Source: Klebsiella phage TSK1. Taken from it: a stretch of DNA of 49,836 bases. Under the pieces are notes generated by a model, which did not search any database, was not told the origin of the DNA, and saw nothing but the letters and a program-made list of their open reading frames with translations. This document shows positions 20,172-31,220 of the stretch, in pieces (positions within the stretch are counted from its first letter, which is position 1; each line of letters opens with the position of its first letter). Both the position numbers and the translations under genes were made by a program. The stretch lies in the sequence record MH688453.1; one strand, 5' to 3'.

Positions 20172-20208
20172 GGCCTATGATCTGGAGTCAATTAGAGGAG
20201 GGCTTACG

Positions 20209-20961
20209 ATGACAGCCAATGTTTCAAAAGAGTTTGCGAACTGCTTACAAAAACTTTTCCCCGGCGAGATCCTAACGCTGATCGATATCGACGCCACAAA
20301 GTTCGGCGGGCAGGTCTACCGATTCCATAACGAGAACGTCGCCTATACAACCGAGGAGCTTTTGGCAGCGGTTAACGGCGGGACACTTCAGCCAAAGATG
20401 ATCACGTTTCGCGGCGAGCAGTACGGCCCGCGCCCGTTCGGCCTGGGCGGGATCGCAATGTCGAGCGATGGCACAGTGGAAAAGCCAACGCTGACGGTTA
20501 GCAATATTGATGCTCAAGCGAGCGCTCTTATTCGCGCATACAACGGCCTCATGCAAGCCAAAGTTACGGTATGGGTTTTGGTCAAGGAATTGCTACAAAA
20601 CGACGGCAGCGTTAAAGAGGGCGATTTTAGGCGATTTGTCTACTACATCGAGCGCCCAAAACAGGTCGACCCGCAAAAGGCAACGTTTGAGCTAACATCC
20701 GTGTTTGATATGGACGGATTAATGATCCCGGCACGCCTAACGCAAACCGTTTGTTATTGGGCGCAGCGTGGCTGGTACAAGTCTGGCAAAGGCTGCGACT
20801 ACAACGGGCAGAACGGATACTTCGACAAGTTAGGGAACAGGGTTGACGATCCGTCGCGGGATGTTTGCGGTGGCCTGGTGTCTTCTTGCAGGCTTCGTTT
20901 TGGTAATGAACCGTTGAGTTTCGGCGGTTGTGCGACAGCAACTTTGAAGAGTGGTAGCTAA
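20209..20961 (+). CDS. minor tail protein L-like
   Basis: C-terminal cysteine pattern VSSCRLRFG; position. Confidence 0.8.
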   Translation: MTANVSKEFANCLQKLFPGEILTLIDIDATKFGGQVYRFHNENVAYTTEELLAAVNGGTLQPKMITFRGEQYGPRPFGLGGIAMSSDGTVEKPTLTVSNIDAQASALIRAYNGLMQAKVTVWVLVKELLQNDGSVKEGDFRRFVYYIERPKQVDPQKATFELTSVFDMDGLMIPARLTQTVCYWAQRGWYKSGKGCDYNGQNGYFDKLGNRVDDPSRDVCGGLVSSCRLRFGNEPLSFGGCATATLKSGS

Positions 20962-20962
20962 T

Positions 20963-21700
20963 ATGTTGAATCCAAAAATTAAAATGCAGATCATGCAGCA
21001 CGCGAAGGAAGTCTACCCGCACGAATGCGCCGGGCTGGTAACGCAAAAATCACGCGTGCAGAAATATCACCGACTAGACAACGTTTCTCCAGATCCTGAG
21101 AACGAATCAATGCCGGATGAAACGCAGTATGCGATGGCGGCAATGGATGGCGAGCCGATCGCCTTCGTTCATTCGCATACTGGCGACGGGGCAACCACAA
21201 TTCCGAGCGCCACAGATTTGTGCTTCTGTGATGAGTCTGGCTTGTCGTGGGTTATCGTCTCCATCCCTGAAGGTGATATGCGAATCATTGAGCCGAAACG
21301 CCGTCCGCTGATTGGTCGCCCCTGGGCTTTGGGCGCTTATGATTGCTATGGCCTAATCATGGATTTTCACAAGCGCCACGGCGTCACGCTAAAAGATCGG
21401 CGGGTTCCGTTCGAATGGTGGAAGCCGGAATACAAAGAGAATCTTTACCAGGACTACTGGCAAGAGGACGGGTTCATTGAAAACACTGGCGAGCCTGAAG
21501 TTGGCGATATGATCATTTTTCAGCTTCAGGCGGAGAAGTGGAATCACGCGGGGATTTACGTTGGAAATAACAACATCCTTCATCACGCATATGGCAAGCT
21601 GTCTCGCCGGGATATCTATTCTGGATGGTACGAGCAGCACAAGGTTTTAATTTGCAGGCATAAGGAGCTAAAACATGGCATCACATACAAAGACGATTAA
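20963..21700 (+). CDS. tail assembly protein K-like (JAB/MPN + NlpC/P60)
   Basis: FVHSHTGDGATTIPSATDL (JAB) and YDCYGLIMDF ... WNHAGIYVG (NlpC/P60). Confidence 0.88.
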   Translation: MLNPKIKMQIMQHAKEVYPHECAGLVTQKSRVQKYHRLDNVSPDPENESMPDETQYAMAAMDGEPIAFVHSHTGDGATTIPSATDLCFCDESGLSWVIVSIPEGDMRIIEPKRRPLIGRPWALGAYDCYGLIMDFHKRHGVTLKDRRVPFEWWKPEYKENLYQDYWQEDGFIENTGEPEVGDMIIFQLQAEKWNHAGIYVGNNNILHHAYGKLSRRDIYSGWYEQHKVLICRHKELKHGITYKDD

Positions 21701-22277
21701 ACTATCTGGTTCCCTGGGCCGTCGGTTCGGTGTCTTCCACAAACTTGCGGTTGATTCAGTCGCTGAATGTATCCGGGCGCTGTCTTACCAGGTTGAAGGG
21801 TTTAAGCCGTTCATGCAGAGCAAAGTTGGTTCAAACATGCGCTTCGGAATCATCGCAGACGGAAAACCAATCAGCACGGACGACTTTGCTACTTTCGCCG
21901 TGGCAAGGGAGATCAGAATCATCCCGATCCCAAGAGCCAGAAAGAACGGCGGGTTGTTGCAGGTCGTTATCGGAGCGGCGATTATGGTTGCAGCCTTCTT
22001 TACTGGCGGCGGTTCGCTGGCGGCTATGGGCGCTTTTTCGTCGGCGGCTTTTATGGCTGGCGGCTCAATGGTTTTAGGTGGTGTAATGCAGATGATCGCT
22101 CCGCAGATGGGCGGCAACATGCGGGCAAGCGAATCACCTGAGAACAAGCCATCTTATGCGTTCGGCGGGCCGATTAACACCACGGCGGCTGGTTATCCAA
22201 TCCAGTTGCCATACGGTTACAGATTGGCTGGCGGCGCGTTGTTCGGTTCAGGATCTTACGCAGAAGACAACAACTAA
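21675..22277 (+). CDS. tail assembly protein I-like
   Basis: Position between K-like and J-like; Gly/Ala hydrophobic C-terminal part. Confidence 0.8.
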   Translation: MASHTKTIKLSGSLGRRFGVFHKLAVDSVAECIRALSYQVEGFKPFMQSKVGSNMRFGIIADGKPISTDDFATFAVAREIRIIPIPRARKNGGLLQVVIGAAIMVAAFFTGGGSLAAMGAFSSAAFMAGGSMVLGGVMQMIAPQMGGNMRASESPENKPSYAFGGPINTTAAGYPIQLPYGYRLAGGALFGSGSYAEDNN

Positions 22278-22293
22278 TTAAGCCATTCGCTTT

Positions 22294-22325
22294 TTAGCCT
22301 GGGGGCATAGCCTCCGGGCTTTTTG
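22294..22325 (+). terminator. terminator-like hairpin
   Basis: AGCCTGGGGG-CATAG-CCTCCGGGCTTTTT. Confidence 0.6.
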
Positions 22326-22364
22326 TCGTGTACAATTGCGAGACTATTAACAGGAGGCTAAACG

Positions 22365-25300
22365 ATGACTAATATCAAGGCCCGCAAGGGTGGTTCAAGC
22401 AAGCCACGTACTCCCGTAGAAATGCCAGATAACCTGATCTCAAAAGATAAGATCAAGTTGTTGCTTGCCGTTTCGGATGGCGAGGTGGTTAACGACTTCA
22501 GCCTGAAGCAGTTGCATTTTGGCGGCGTCCCGGTTCAGAACGAGGATGGAACATTCAACTATGAGGGCGTGATTGCAGAGTTCCGCCCCGGCACGCAAAC
22601 GCAGGACTACATTCAGGGCTTCAGCGAGTCAAGTGCTGAATTCCAGGTTGCTCGTGAAGTAACTCACAACACGCCTTATACGCTTACCGTATCGAACAAA
22701 AATCTTTCTGCTATTCGCTTTCGCCTGTTATGGCCGCGCGTGCTGACTCAAAAAGATAACGGCGATATGGTCGGATCGGTTGTTGAGTACAAGATCGAGA
22801 TGGCGGTAGATGGTGCAAGTTATCAGACCTACCTAACTGGCAAGATTGACGGTAAGAACACGACTGGCGGTTACGATCGGAGCATTCGCGTTAACCTGCC
22901 GCAAAACTTCACGTCGCAGGTGCTTATCCGCGTTAGTCGAGTAACGCCGGATGCTGACGGGGTGAAGGTTGTCGATGCCTTCCAGGTTCAATCATACGCT
23001 GAGGTCATTGATGCAAAATTCCGCTACCCGTTAACGGCCATGCTTTACGTTGAGTTCGATAGCGATCTGTTCCAGAACCAGATCCCCACTATCTCGCTCA
23101 AAAAGAAATGGAAGATTATCCAGGTTCCGAGCAACTACGATCCGATTAATCGCACGTACTCCGGAACGTGGGACGGTGTTTTTAAGTGGGCGTGGAGCAA
23201 TAACCCGGCATGGGTGCTTTATGACCTGATCATGAATCAGCGCTATGGTTTAGACCAGCGCGAACTTGGCATCCCTGTTGACAAGTGGTCGCTGTACGAG
23301 GTGGCGCAATACTGTGATGAGCTTGTGCCGGACAATCGCGGAGGGATGGAACCGCGCTATTTGATGGATGTAGTTGTTCAGTCGCAGGTTGAGGCTTTCC
23401 AATTAGTAAGGGATATTTGTTCCGCGTTCCGTGGAATGACGTTCTACAACGGTGAAAGCCTATCGATCATCGTCGACAAGCCGCGCGATCCTGTATACCT
23501 GTTCACGGCTGATAACGTCGTTGACGGCGTTTTCGTTAGGACGTTCCCAAGCGAAAAGACGATGTATACGTCATGCAACGTCATGTTCGACGACGAAGAA
23601 AACCAGTATGAACAGGATATTGAACCAGTGTTCAACCCGGATGCAGCCATGCGATTTGGCCACAACCCAACGAGCATTACAGCGATCGGGTGCACCAGAA
23701 GGACTGAGGCGAACCGCCGTGGGCGTTGGATTCTGCAAACAAACCTAAGCGCCACAACCGTTTCGTTTTCTACTGGTCTGGAAGGTATGATTCCTTCTTG
23801 CGGCGATGTAATTTACGTTGCAGATCCGCACTGGCAATCGGCCTTTAACCTGGTGCTATCAGGCCGTGTTATGGAAGTATCCGGTACGCAGGTATTTTTA
23901 GCGTTCCGCTGCGACGCGAAGGCTGGCGACACTCTGATCCTGAATACCGACGACGGCAAGCCTGTGCGCCGCACAATCGCCAGCGTTTCGGCGGACGGTA
24001 AGACCATCACGCTAAACGTTGGTTATAACTTTGACGTTGCGCCTGACAGTGTATTCCTGATCGAGAGCGATCAGCTTGCAGCGGAACAGTATGTAGTAAC
24101 CCGGATTGAAAAGGGTAGTGATGACGACGAATTCACCTTTGCCATCACGGCTACGCAGTACGATCCGAACAAGTATGACGCGATCGACAACGGGGTAATT
24201 ACCGATAGCCGACCAACTTCGGTTGTAGACCCGGATTCATTGGGCGCTCCGAAAGACTTAACGATTAGCTCGTTTTCTCGCATTGTTCAGGGGATGAGCG
24301 TCGAAACGATGGTGATCGGCTGGTCTGCCGTGCAGTATGCAAAACTGTACGAGGTTCAATGGCGTAAGGATGGTGGGAACTGGAACAACGTTCCTCGCAC
24401 TGCGACAACGCAGGTTGATATCGAAGGCATCTATGCTGGTGAATATCAGGCCCGCGTAAGGTGCATCAGCGGTGGGAATGTGGCGTCTCCGTGGTCTGCA
24501 TTGGCAACCACCACACTGACCGGGAAAGTCGGAGCGCCAAAAGGCCCGATTAACCTTTTTGCGTCGGACAATGAGATCTTTGGCATTCGCGTTAAGTGGG
24601 CCATGCCAGAAGGATCGGAAGACACGGCATACATTGAGCTTTACCAGTCGCAAAGCGGAACCGATCAGGATGCAAGCCTGCTTACACTGATTCCTTACCC
24701 GGCGGCTGAATACTGGCATTCAATTCTGCCCGCTGGCTACGTGAACTTCTACAAAGCCAGAAGCGTAGACCGTATCGGCAACGTTTCAGCGTGGACTGAT
24801 TACGCTCGCGGTATGTCGTCGACTGACGTTAACGCCATCACGGATACGATCCTGGATGAGATCTTCGACAGCGACGCGATGAAAGAACTTCAGGTGAGTG
24901 CGCAGGATAGCGCGGCAAAACTCAATGACTACGCTAACAGCATCATCCAAAACGCATTAGCGAATGATGGAAATGTTAGAATCATGAGAAAGGAGAATGG
25001 AAAGAGGAGGGCTGAGATTAAACGCGCAGAAGTTCTCATAGCAAATGAGACGGAAGCCAGGGTGCAGCAGGTTAACCAGATATCGGCAGAGTTCAACGAA
25101 AACCTCAATGCTGGATTAACTCAAATTAACGAGGCGTTGGCGAATGAAACTGAATCTCGCGTTACGTCGGAGGAAGCGCTATCGGCAAGGATTGGCCAGA
25201 ACTCCGCAGCGCTAGATCAGAAACTTGATTCGTGGGCAAACGTTAATGGAGTTGGTTCAATGTATACAATGAAGCTGGGGCTGACTTACAACGGCCAGGA

Positions 25301-26084
25301 ATACAATTCCGGGATGGCCCTACAGCTTACCTCACAGGGTGGAAACGTTGTTTCTCAAGTTCTTTTTATTGCTGATAGATTCGCTATCATCCGAAATGCG
25401 GAGTCTGGAGCATACACGTTGCCGTTTGTTGTGCAGAATGACCAGGTTTTCATGAATAACGCGCTTATTCAGGATGGGTCTATTACCAACGCTAAGATCG
25501 GCAACGTCATTCAGTCCAACAACTACATCGCCGGACAGCAAGGATGGATGATTAACAAGAATGGAGGATCTGAGTTTAATAACGTTACCGTTCGCGGCCA
25601 TATAGAGGCTAACAGCGGAACGTTCAAGGGCACCCTTGAGGCTCAGAGCTTCATAGGTGATATTGCTGTTGCCAGAAGATATGATGACTTGAGTTTTCGC
25701 AGAAACAACACCGTTCAGCGTGACGGGTACTATCAAAATCGCGGCTATAGCATGACGATAGTTCTTAGTTGCACATTAATCTATGAGGTTACAGGGGGTG
25801 AAGATGCCAGAAACGGATATATTGTTGAAATTACGTTCAATATTGGAGGGCAGCAGGTAACTAGACTTTTCCCGGTCAACCCAAGGCTAACATCTGGTAT
25901 TTATGCTGCTGAATTTCGATTTTCCGCTGATATTCCAGCAAATTACAGCAACACTCCTTTCTTTGTGAGAGCGAAAGGGAGAGGCGCACATTGGGATTAT
26001 AGTTGTCAAGTGGAGAATATCACAGCAACCGCATTCCGCACAAAGATATTCCAGCAAATTACAGCAACACTCCTTTCTTTGTGA
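22365..26084 (+). CDS. J-like tail tip / host specificity protein
   Basis: 1239 aa with fibronectin-like domains; C-terminus altered by a tandem duplication. Confidence 0.9.
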   Translation: MTNIKARKGGSSKPRTPVEMPDNLISKDKIKLLLAVSDGEVVNDFSLKQLHFGGVPVQNEDGTFNYEGVIAEFRPGTQTQDYIQGFSESSAEFQVAREVTHNTPYTLTVSNKNLSAIRFRLLWPRVLTQKDNGDMVGSVVEYKIEMAVDGASYQTYLTGKIDGKNTTGGYDRSIRVNLPQNFTSQVLIRVSRVTPDADGVKVVDAFQVQSYAEVIDAKFRYPLTAMLYVEFDSDLFQNQIPTISLKKKWKIIQVPSNYDPINRTYSGTWDGVFKWAWSNNPAWVLYDLIMNQRYGLDQRELGIPVDKWSLYEVAQYCDELVPDNRGGMEPRYLMDVVVQSQVEAFQLVRDICSAFRGMTFYNGESLSIIVDKPRDPVYLFTADNVVDGVFVRTFPSEKTMYTSCNVMFDDEENQYEQDIEPVFNPDAAMRFGHNPTSITAIGCTRRTEANRRGRWILQTNLSATTVSFSTGLEGMIPSCGDVIYVADPHWQSAFNLVLSGRVMEVSGTQVFLAFRCDAKAGDTLILNTDDGKPVRRTIASVSADGKTITLNVGYNFDVAPDSVFLIESDQLAAEQYVVTRIEKGSDDDEFTFAITATQYDPNKYDAIDNGVITDSRPTSVVDPDSLGAPKDLTISSFSRIVQGMSVETMVIGWSAVQYAKLYEVQWRKDGGNWNNVPRTATTQVDIEGIYAGEYQARVRCISGGNVASPWSALATTTLTGKVGAPKGPINLFASDNEIFGIRVKWAMPEGSEDTAYIELYQSQSGTDQDASLLTLIPYPAAEYWHSILPAGYVNFYKARSVDRIGNVSAWTDYARGMSSTDVNAITDTILDEIFDSDAMKELQVSAQDSAAKLNDYANSIIQNALANDGNVRIMRKENGKRRAEIKRAEVLIANETEARVQQVNQISAEFNENLNAGLTQINEALANETESRVTSEEALSARIGQNSAALDQKLDSWANVNGVGSMYTMKLGLTYNGQEYNSGMALQLTSQGGNVVSQVLFIADRFAIIRNAESGAYTLPFVVQNDQVFMNNALIQDGSITNAKIGNVIQSNNYIAGQQGWMINKNGGSEFNNVTVRGHIEANSGTFKGTLEAQSFIGDIAVARRYDDLSFRRNNTVQRDGYYQNRGYSMTIVLSCTLIYEVTGGEDARNGYIVEITFNIGGQQVTRLFPVNPRLTSGIYAAEFRFSADIPANYSNTPFFVRAKGRGAHWDYSCQVENITATAFRTKIFQQITATLLSL

Positions 26085-26160
26085 GAGCGAAAGGGAGAGG
26101 CGCACATTGGGATTATAGTTGTCAAGTGGAGAATATCACAGCAACCGCATTCCGCACAAA
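25929..26160 (+). repeat. perfect 116-bp direct tandem duplication (25929-26044 and 26045-26160)
   Basis: Both units read GATATTCCAGCAAATTACAGC...GCATTCCGCACAAA identically. Confidence 0.95.
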
Positions 26161-26180
26161 CTCAAATAGCTTTACATAAT

Positions 26181-26206
26181 AAAAAGGGGCCATTCGGCCC
26201 CTTTTG
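26181..26206 (+). terminator. rho-independent terminator
   Basis: AAAAGGGGCC-ATTC-GGCCCCTTTTG. Confidence 0.8.
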
Positions 26207-26267
26207 TGTAATTCTCGACTATCAAAGTTTTTATCACGACACCATAAATGTACTGGCGCTTTACAAT

Positions 26268-26294
26268 AAAAAACCCCGCCGAAGCGGGGTTTTA
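26268..26294. terminator. bidirectional terminator between convergent transcripts
   Basis: AAAAACCCCGC-CGAA-GCGGGGTTTTAA. Confidence 0.7.
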
Positions 26295-26464
26295 ATCTAA
26301 GCCAACCGTTTCAAGAACTGAAACCAATTGGAACTTATCAATACCGACTAGCGGAAAACCGTGTCGATTCCTGACTATCTAAGCATAATCTGCCCTCCAA
26401 TTGATACTGTTTTTATATACAGTAGTTATGTTTGGCTTGCAGATCAACTTTCGAGGAAGTTGCA

Positions 26465-27205
26465 TTAACTGATAGGAATGATGCCGCCAAGCATACTCTT
26501 CAATGTCGAGTACATACTGGCTTTTTCTGCTGTCGTCAGATTAACACCAGACCACAGACCCCACGCGGCCACCTGTATAGGCCCGTTAAGGTTTCCTACC
26601 GTATTGGATATGTCATAGCCGATCCCCACGCGAATAGTCGAAGCGGGAATGGCTCTGGTAGTAAGTCCAGCAGCCGAAGCGCTAACCATTGCTCCATCTT
26701 TGAACATGTGAAGCTGTACTGTCGTTCCGGTGCAATCACATATGTAAAGCTGGAACTTGCTAATATCCATTGCCGCACTATTCAGTCGCGATGTTCCGGT
26801 ACCATTTGTTGTACTGGCAATTGCTCGGACTGTTAAACCTGCCGGGTCGATAACAAACGTGTCACCCTGTGGCACTGGAGGAGAGCCATTGCCTCCATGA
26901 TAAGACCCCATGCCAAGAGACCGCAGAGCACCAGACACTACCGGCTTAGCCAGAACCATCATGGTTTTCACCTGCGTATCGGTAACGCCAGTATCATAGC
27001 CTGCATCATAGCCATTCAGCGTCTGATACCCGGCCGCCAAAACAGGCGAGCCAATTTTAGTTGGGGCGTTACCAACCAGCATCGTTACCCCGTCTGCACT
27101 CAGCAAACCGATATTTGCTGATGCGGGTTGTGGATAAATGCTTCCAATGATGTTGGATGGACTCCATTCAGAACCATCCACGACAAAACCTAATTGAGCT
27201 ACCAT
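26465..27205 (-). CDS. tail fibre / lectin-like protein
   Basis: 246 aa, next to tailspike; SKFQLYICDCTGTTVQLHMFKDG and VAAWGLWSGVNLTTAEKASMYSTLKSML resemble ConA/LamG-like carbohydrate-binding ends. Confidence 0.5.
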   Translation of the reverse strand: MVAQLGFVVDGSEWSPSNIIGSIYPQPASANIGLLSADGVTMLVGNAPTKIGSPVLAAGYQTLNGYDAGYDTGVTDTQVKTMMVLAKPVVSGALRSLGMGSYHGGNGSPPVPQGDTFVIDPAGLTVRAIASTTNGTGTSRLNSAAMDISKFQLYICDCTGTTVQLHMFKDGAMVSASAAGLTTRAIPASTIRVGIGYDISNTVGNLNGPIQVAAWGLWSGVNLTTAEKASMYSTLKSMLGGIIPIS

Positions 27206-27215
27206 GATAAACCTC

Positions 27216-29969
27216 TTAATTCAGTGTAATTTCTTCAACAATTGCATAGTTATCCATGCGGTATGCAATACCATCTGGATCATATTTAATTTTATCTCCC
27301 TGACTATCACGCAGGCAGCATCGAGGGCCATTCGTTCGGCTTGGTAATGTGCCAGTTGTCCCACCAACAAAACCGATACGAAGTTTTGACCCTGACGGAA
27401 TTCCTCCAGAAGCCCGGACACGAAGCCTGTCAAGGTGTACAGAAACCTCTGCGATAGTAAGCGGGTTTCCGTCTGGGTCAATTACGGAAAAACCATAGTT
27501 CCCTGGGTCGGTCACAATGCTGGTGTCAAGCACCAGTTTCCCTACCGGATTATACCAAATATTGGCCACTCCACCCTGTAGGGAAGTATCTTTAGACCAC
27601 AGTGGCTCAAACTTCGTACCAGTGATAAGTTCCTGCTCAATAGCCAGTCCGAAACGGTATCCGCAAATTTTGGAATCAAATCCGAGAAGGTGCGCATTAT
27701 CGGCATAATCATACATATACATAGGTTGCACAAGACGGGTATCATCCCGTGTACGTGCCAGGTCTAATAATGCAAGCGGGATTGTTGGATATGTAGTATT
27801 TGGTGTTCTGTTTTTCCATGAGTTGAACTGATAAGTAAACCAAGGCAACTCGATAGATCTACCAAGAACCGTTGACGCATACCCATTAATCGTATCCACC
27901 ATCTCAGAAAATGATTTTTTATAGGTTTCAGCCGACGTACCCGCAGACTGATCTGTTTCGCCTTGCATCCAGATAACGGCATGAGGCGCGTAAGTCCAGC
28001 CTTTTTCATTTGCCCTCGCAATGCCATAGATCATATCATCAACAACGCGAGTCATATATGTCCCCGTTGGTTGTTTTAATTCTGATATGGATCGGCTCCC
28101 CTGTCCTGGTGCAGAACCAAGAACCTGCACATCTCCTGGAGAATACCCCTCAACGTTCACTGCCATCCTGTCCAGTAATGCTGTTATAGCACCACCCATA
28201 GGGGTTTCATACCCCGTCCCATCACCTGTTACAGCAGAGGTCTCAATGTACGGGACAAGACTGGCATGGTTATCTGCTGATGTTCCAGAGCCATCCTGTG
28301 CGCGTACACCTGCGATATATCTCCATGCATTTGAAATCTCTGTTATTGTCTGTAATGGAGCAGCATTAACGCCTGTTGATAATGATTGTCCGTAAATGAT
28401 TAAATGGATGAGGTCGGCGAGCTTTGCTTTTAGTGGGAATTTCTCCGCTGGAAGCGAATCTGACTCTATTGACTCAGCAATTAACCTGTTTACTTCAATC
28501 GTCCCGGCCGCAAGATTACCGTTCTGCTTTAAGCCAAAAGGTATGCGACCCAAGTCGTCTGTTGGCCCCCATAGAAACCCTTCAGGAAGTTTCCCTGTAG
28601 TTTTAACACCACCATTGAATATAACGTCAGATACCAGCCTTCCAATATCAGCATAGAAAGCCTGTATTTTGCCCGCCGCTAGAGAGCCGTCGTTTTTAAT
28701 CCCCACATTTACTTGCATCAACTTGTTAAAAAATGCGAAATCAAACCCTTCAGGTGCAACACCTGTTATCTTCGCGCCGCCAGTTGTGATTATGTTTCCT
28801 GCATTCAAATTCTGAATATTTGCAGTAGCAATTTCAGATAATGCAGAAATCATTTTCCCAAAGTTCAGCGCGCCTGTACTGTCAATACCGCCGACATACT
28901 GGCCAAGTTTATTGATACCAAGCAATACATCCCATCCAGATGGCAGTCCTGATGTTCTGAAAATTGAGTTCAGAAAGCTCATTATTTGTGACCGAGCCAG
29001 ATCTATAGCTTCCTGAGATGGTGCCGCTCTTCCAGTGGGCTGTAGCGTTCCTGAGTTGTTAATAACCTCAACCGCAAGAGTTGCGTCGTCAGCACTTCGA
29101 TAATACGCTGTTGAACCTGTAGGGATATTGCCAGCATCAGCATCAGCCTGCGCAGCAGCCAGCGTCGGAAACTCGCGGATTGTGCCTGTTATTGCTGCCG
29201 AACCTGGAACACGTGCAACCTCTTCAGCAACGCCATTATTATTTTTAAAAAGTTTGAATGAAACAAAACTTCCAGAACCCTGGGGAACCTGAAAGAATTG
29301 ACCATTTGATGTAGCAGCCAATCCTGCCGCCTCATCAGAGAACATGTTTCCAACTTCTGACGCCTGAAGTGCATAGTTCTTAGATTCTGCTGCGGCATTT
29401 TCTGACTCTTGCTGCGCAGCTACTGCGGCATCTCTTGCATTCTCCGCTGCAATCTCTGAATTTTTTGCCGCGTTTTCAGAAATTTTGGCGTTAGCTTCTG
29501 ACGTTTTGGAGTTGGTCTCTGAGGTTTTTGCTGCGCTTTCAGACTCCGCAGCATTAGCAGCGCTTACGTTAGCGGCTTCAGAGTCTGCCTTCGCCTGATT
29601 GGCAAGATTTTTAAACAACTCGAAATCGAAATCCTTAAAGGAATCGACTGCATCCGCAATTGCGGTTTCCTGCGACTGATAGTAGCGCAAAGTTTCCGCA
29701 ACATCTTGCGCCAGGCCGTCAACTGTTAGTGAGTCGCTTAAAAGGATTGCGTAGTCTGTAGACGCTACGACAGCACCGTTTGTGGTGATGGCTTTAATTT
29801 CAGTATCGCTAACCACCTTGTTTACGACGGCCATTTGAATTGGTGACGACAAAAACATAATCGTCGCGCCGGGGCGAATCAGCGAAAGCGATGATTGCCA
29901 TTTAGTGCCAGTCCCGGTAACTGTTCCGTCTGCCGCGAGTGACGCCTTGCCTTCTCTGTATAGTGCCAT
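27216..29969 (-). CDS. tailspike with SGNH/SASA-type acetylesterase domain
   Basis: N-terminal fibre module and Ala/Glu/Ser coiled coil; catalytic-like [26 protein letters not shown]. Confidence 0.75.
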   Translation of the reverse strand: MALYREGKASLAADGTVTGTGTKWQSSLSLIRPGATIMFLSSPIQMAVVNKVVSDTEIKAITTNGAVVASTDYAILLSDSLTVDGLAQDVAETLRYYQSQETAIADAVDSFKDFDFELFKNLANQAKADSEAANVSAANAAESESAAKTSETNSKTSEANAKISENAAKNSEIAAENARDAAVAAQQESENAAAESKNYALQASEVGNMFSDEAAGLAATSNGQFFQVPQGSGSFVSFKLFKNNNGVAEEVARVPGSAAITGTIREFPTLAAAQADADAGNIPTGSTAYYRSADDATLAVEVINNSGTLQPTGRAAPSQEAIDLARSQIMSFLNSIFRTSGLPSGWDVLLGINKLGQYVGGIDSTGALNFGKMISALSEIATANIQNLNAGNIITTGGAKITGVAPEGFDFAFFNKLMQVNVGIKNDGSLAAGKIQAFYADIGRLVSDVIFNGGVKTTGKLPEGFLWGPTDDLGRIPFGLKQNGNLAAGTIEVNRLIAESIESDSLPAEKFPLKAKLADLIHLIIYGQSLSTGVNAAPLQTITEISNAWRYIAGVRAQDGSGTSADNHASLVPYIETSAVTGDGTGYETPMGGAITALLDRMAVNVEGYSPGDVQVLGSAPGQGSRSISELKQPTGTYMTRVVDDMIYGIARANEKGWTYAPHAVIWMQGETDQSAGTSAETYKKSFSEMVDTINGYASTVLGRSIELPWFTYQFNSWKNRTPNTTYPTIPLALLDLARTRDDTRLVQPMYMYDYADNAHLLGFDSKICGYRFGLAIEQELITGTKFEPLWSKDTSLQGGVANIWYNPVGKLVLDTSIVTDPGNYGFSVIDPDGNPLTIAEVSVHLDRLRVRASGGIPSGSKLRIGFVGGTTGTLPSRTNGPRCCLRDSQGDKIKYDPDGIAYRMDNYAIVEEITLN

Positions 29970-30023
29970 GCATTTAGTCCTCTATGGTTGGTTTAGTAAC
30001 GCAAATAGTAGCATCAATGAACA

Positions 30024-30052
30024 GAAAAAAAAAGGAGAATTTCTTCTCCTTT
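30024..30052 (-). terminator. terminator of the leftward SSB operon
   Basis: Minus strand AAAGGAGAA-GAAA-TTCTCCTTTTTTTTT. Confidence 0.8.
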
Positions 30053-30062
30053 AGTTGTTAAA

Positions 30063-30527
30063 TTAGAATGGGATATCATCATCGAAATCCATCCCCGCAT
30101 TCCCGCCGCTGTTTTGCGGTTTAGGCGCTTGTTGCGGCTTGGGTTGTTGAGGCTGCCCCCACCCGGATTGCTGATTACCTCCGCCGCTTTGCGAAGGATC
30201 GCGCTGGCTGAATTCGAGTTGTGGCATAATCATTTCGTTGTGGCTGTAAATTGTGCCATTGTGCTCGCGGTTCACGATCTGAAGAGTCCGGCAGGTGACG
30301 CTGATCACCTTATCCATTTGCAGCGCTTCATCGTACCACTTAATCATGCTTTCTTTTGCAAAGAAAACAGCGCGGTAGTTCGTGTAAATTGTTTCGTCCT
30401 CGCCATCACGATTGCGGATCTTCATCCGCTCCGACAGGTCTACGGCGTACATTTTCCACGGCCCGTTATTATTGCTGCCTTCCTTGATGTACGGTTCTTT
30501 TCGGATTACACCTGTTACAACATGCAT
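30063..30527 (-). CDS. ssb: single-stranded DNA-binding protein
   Basis: Acidic C-terminal tail NAGMDFDDDIPF after Gln/Gly/Pro linker. Confidence 0.85.
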   Translation of the reverse strand: MHVVTGVIRKEPYIKEGSNNNGPWKMYAVDLSERMKIRNRDGEDETIYTNYRAVFFAKESMIKWYDEALQMDKVISVTCRTLQIVNREHNGTIYSHNEMIMPQLEFSQRDPSQSGGGNQQSGWGQPQQPKPQQAPKPQNSGGNAGMDFDDDIPF

Positions 30528-30563
30528 TGTCGTTCCTATGGGGCGGTTTCCCGCCCGGTTAAA

Positions 30564-31220
30564 TTAGTTGAAAGATGAAATATCTTGTGCTTCTGGTTCG
30601 GGTTTTGATTCTACCTTTTCCGGCTCACGTTTCGCAACCTCTTGCGGCTTACCAGGGTTAAAGCCGTTCGCCGGGGTGACTTTCAGTTCTGCCTGGCGTT
30701 TGGTGATATCGTCTTCCGTCATTTTCCATTCCGCAGGCGTTAACGTTTGTTTCGCCATCTTATAGATCTCCCGAAGCGATTCGAGATCTTCGCACGCGTC
30801 AATGCGTTTTTTGAAGTCTTTCGGTGTCATTTTCGTAATTTCTGCATCATCATCCGCCTGCTTGATACCGAGCGCTGCGGCCAGCGCATAGCGGCGGGCG
30901 TAAGATGTTGTTGAACCGTATGCTTGTTCGACTGTTTTGCTGATCGGCATATTGTACTGAAACGCCATAAACTCACCGCTTTCGTGCAGAAACATCGTTT
31001 CGAGGTGCATAACCTTTTCGGTGCTGGTATCCATCATGGATTGAATGACCATAATCTTATTCTTCTCCAGCGCCGGGGAAATCGCGTCGAGGATATCACC
31101 AAGATTCGCATAGGTGTTCCCAAGATGGTTGTTCTTCCCGCTTTTCTTCGCGGCCACGAAGCCAGATTTTGCCTTGATTAATGCGGCTGCAATGGTGGTG
31201 AATTTTTCAGATGTACGCAT
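30564..31220 (-). CDS. erf: Erf-family single-strand annealing recombinase
   Basis: KSGKNNHLGNTYANLGDILDAISPALEKNKI and TTSYARRYALAAALGI motifs. Confidence 0.85.
   Translation of the reverse strand: MRTSEKFTTIAAALIKAKSGFVAAKKSGKNNHLGNTYANLGDILDAISPALEKNKIMVIQSMMDTSTEKVMHLETMFLHESGEFMAFQYNMPISKTVEQAYGSTTSYARRYALAAALGIKQADDDAEITKMTPKDFKKRIDACEDLESLREIYKMAKQTLTPAEWKMTEDDITKRQAELKVTPANGFNPGKPQEVAKREPEKVESKPEPEAQDISSFN

Noticed and set aside
23444-25736. Minus-strand ORFs inside the tail-tip gene
   Set aside because: Shadow ORFs opposite a long, well supported coding gene, without RBS or recognizable domains.
28087-28656. Plus-strand ORFs opposite the tailspike
   Set aside because: Shadow ORFs opposite a 917-aa gene with recognizable catalytic motifs.
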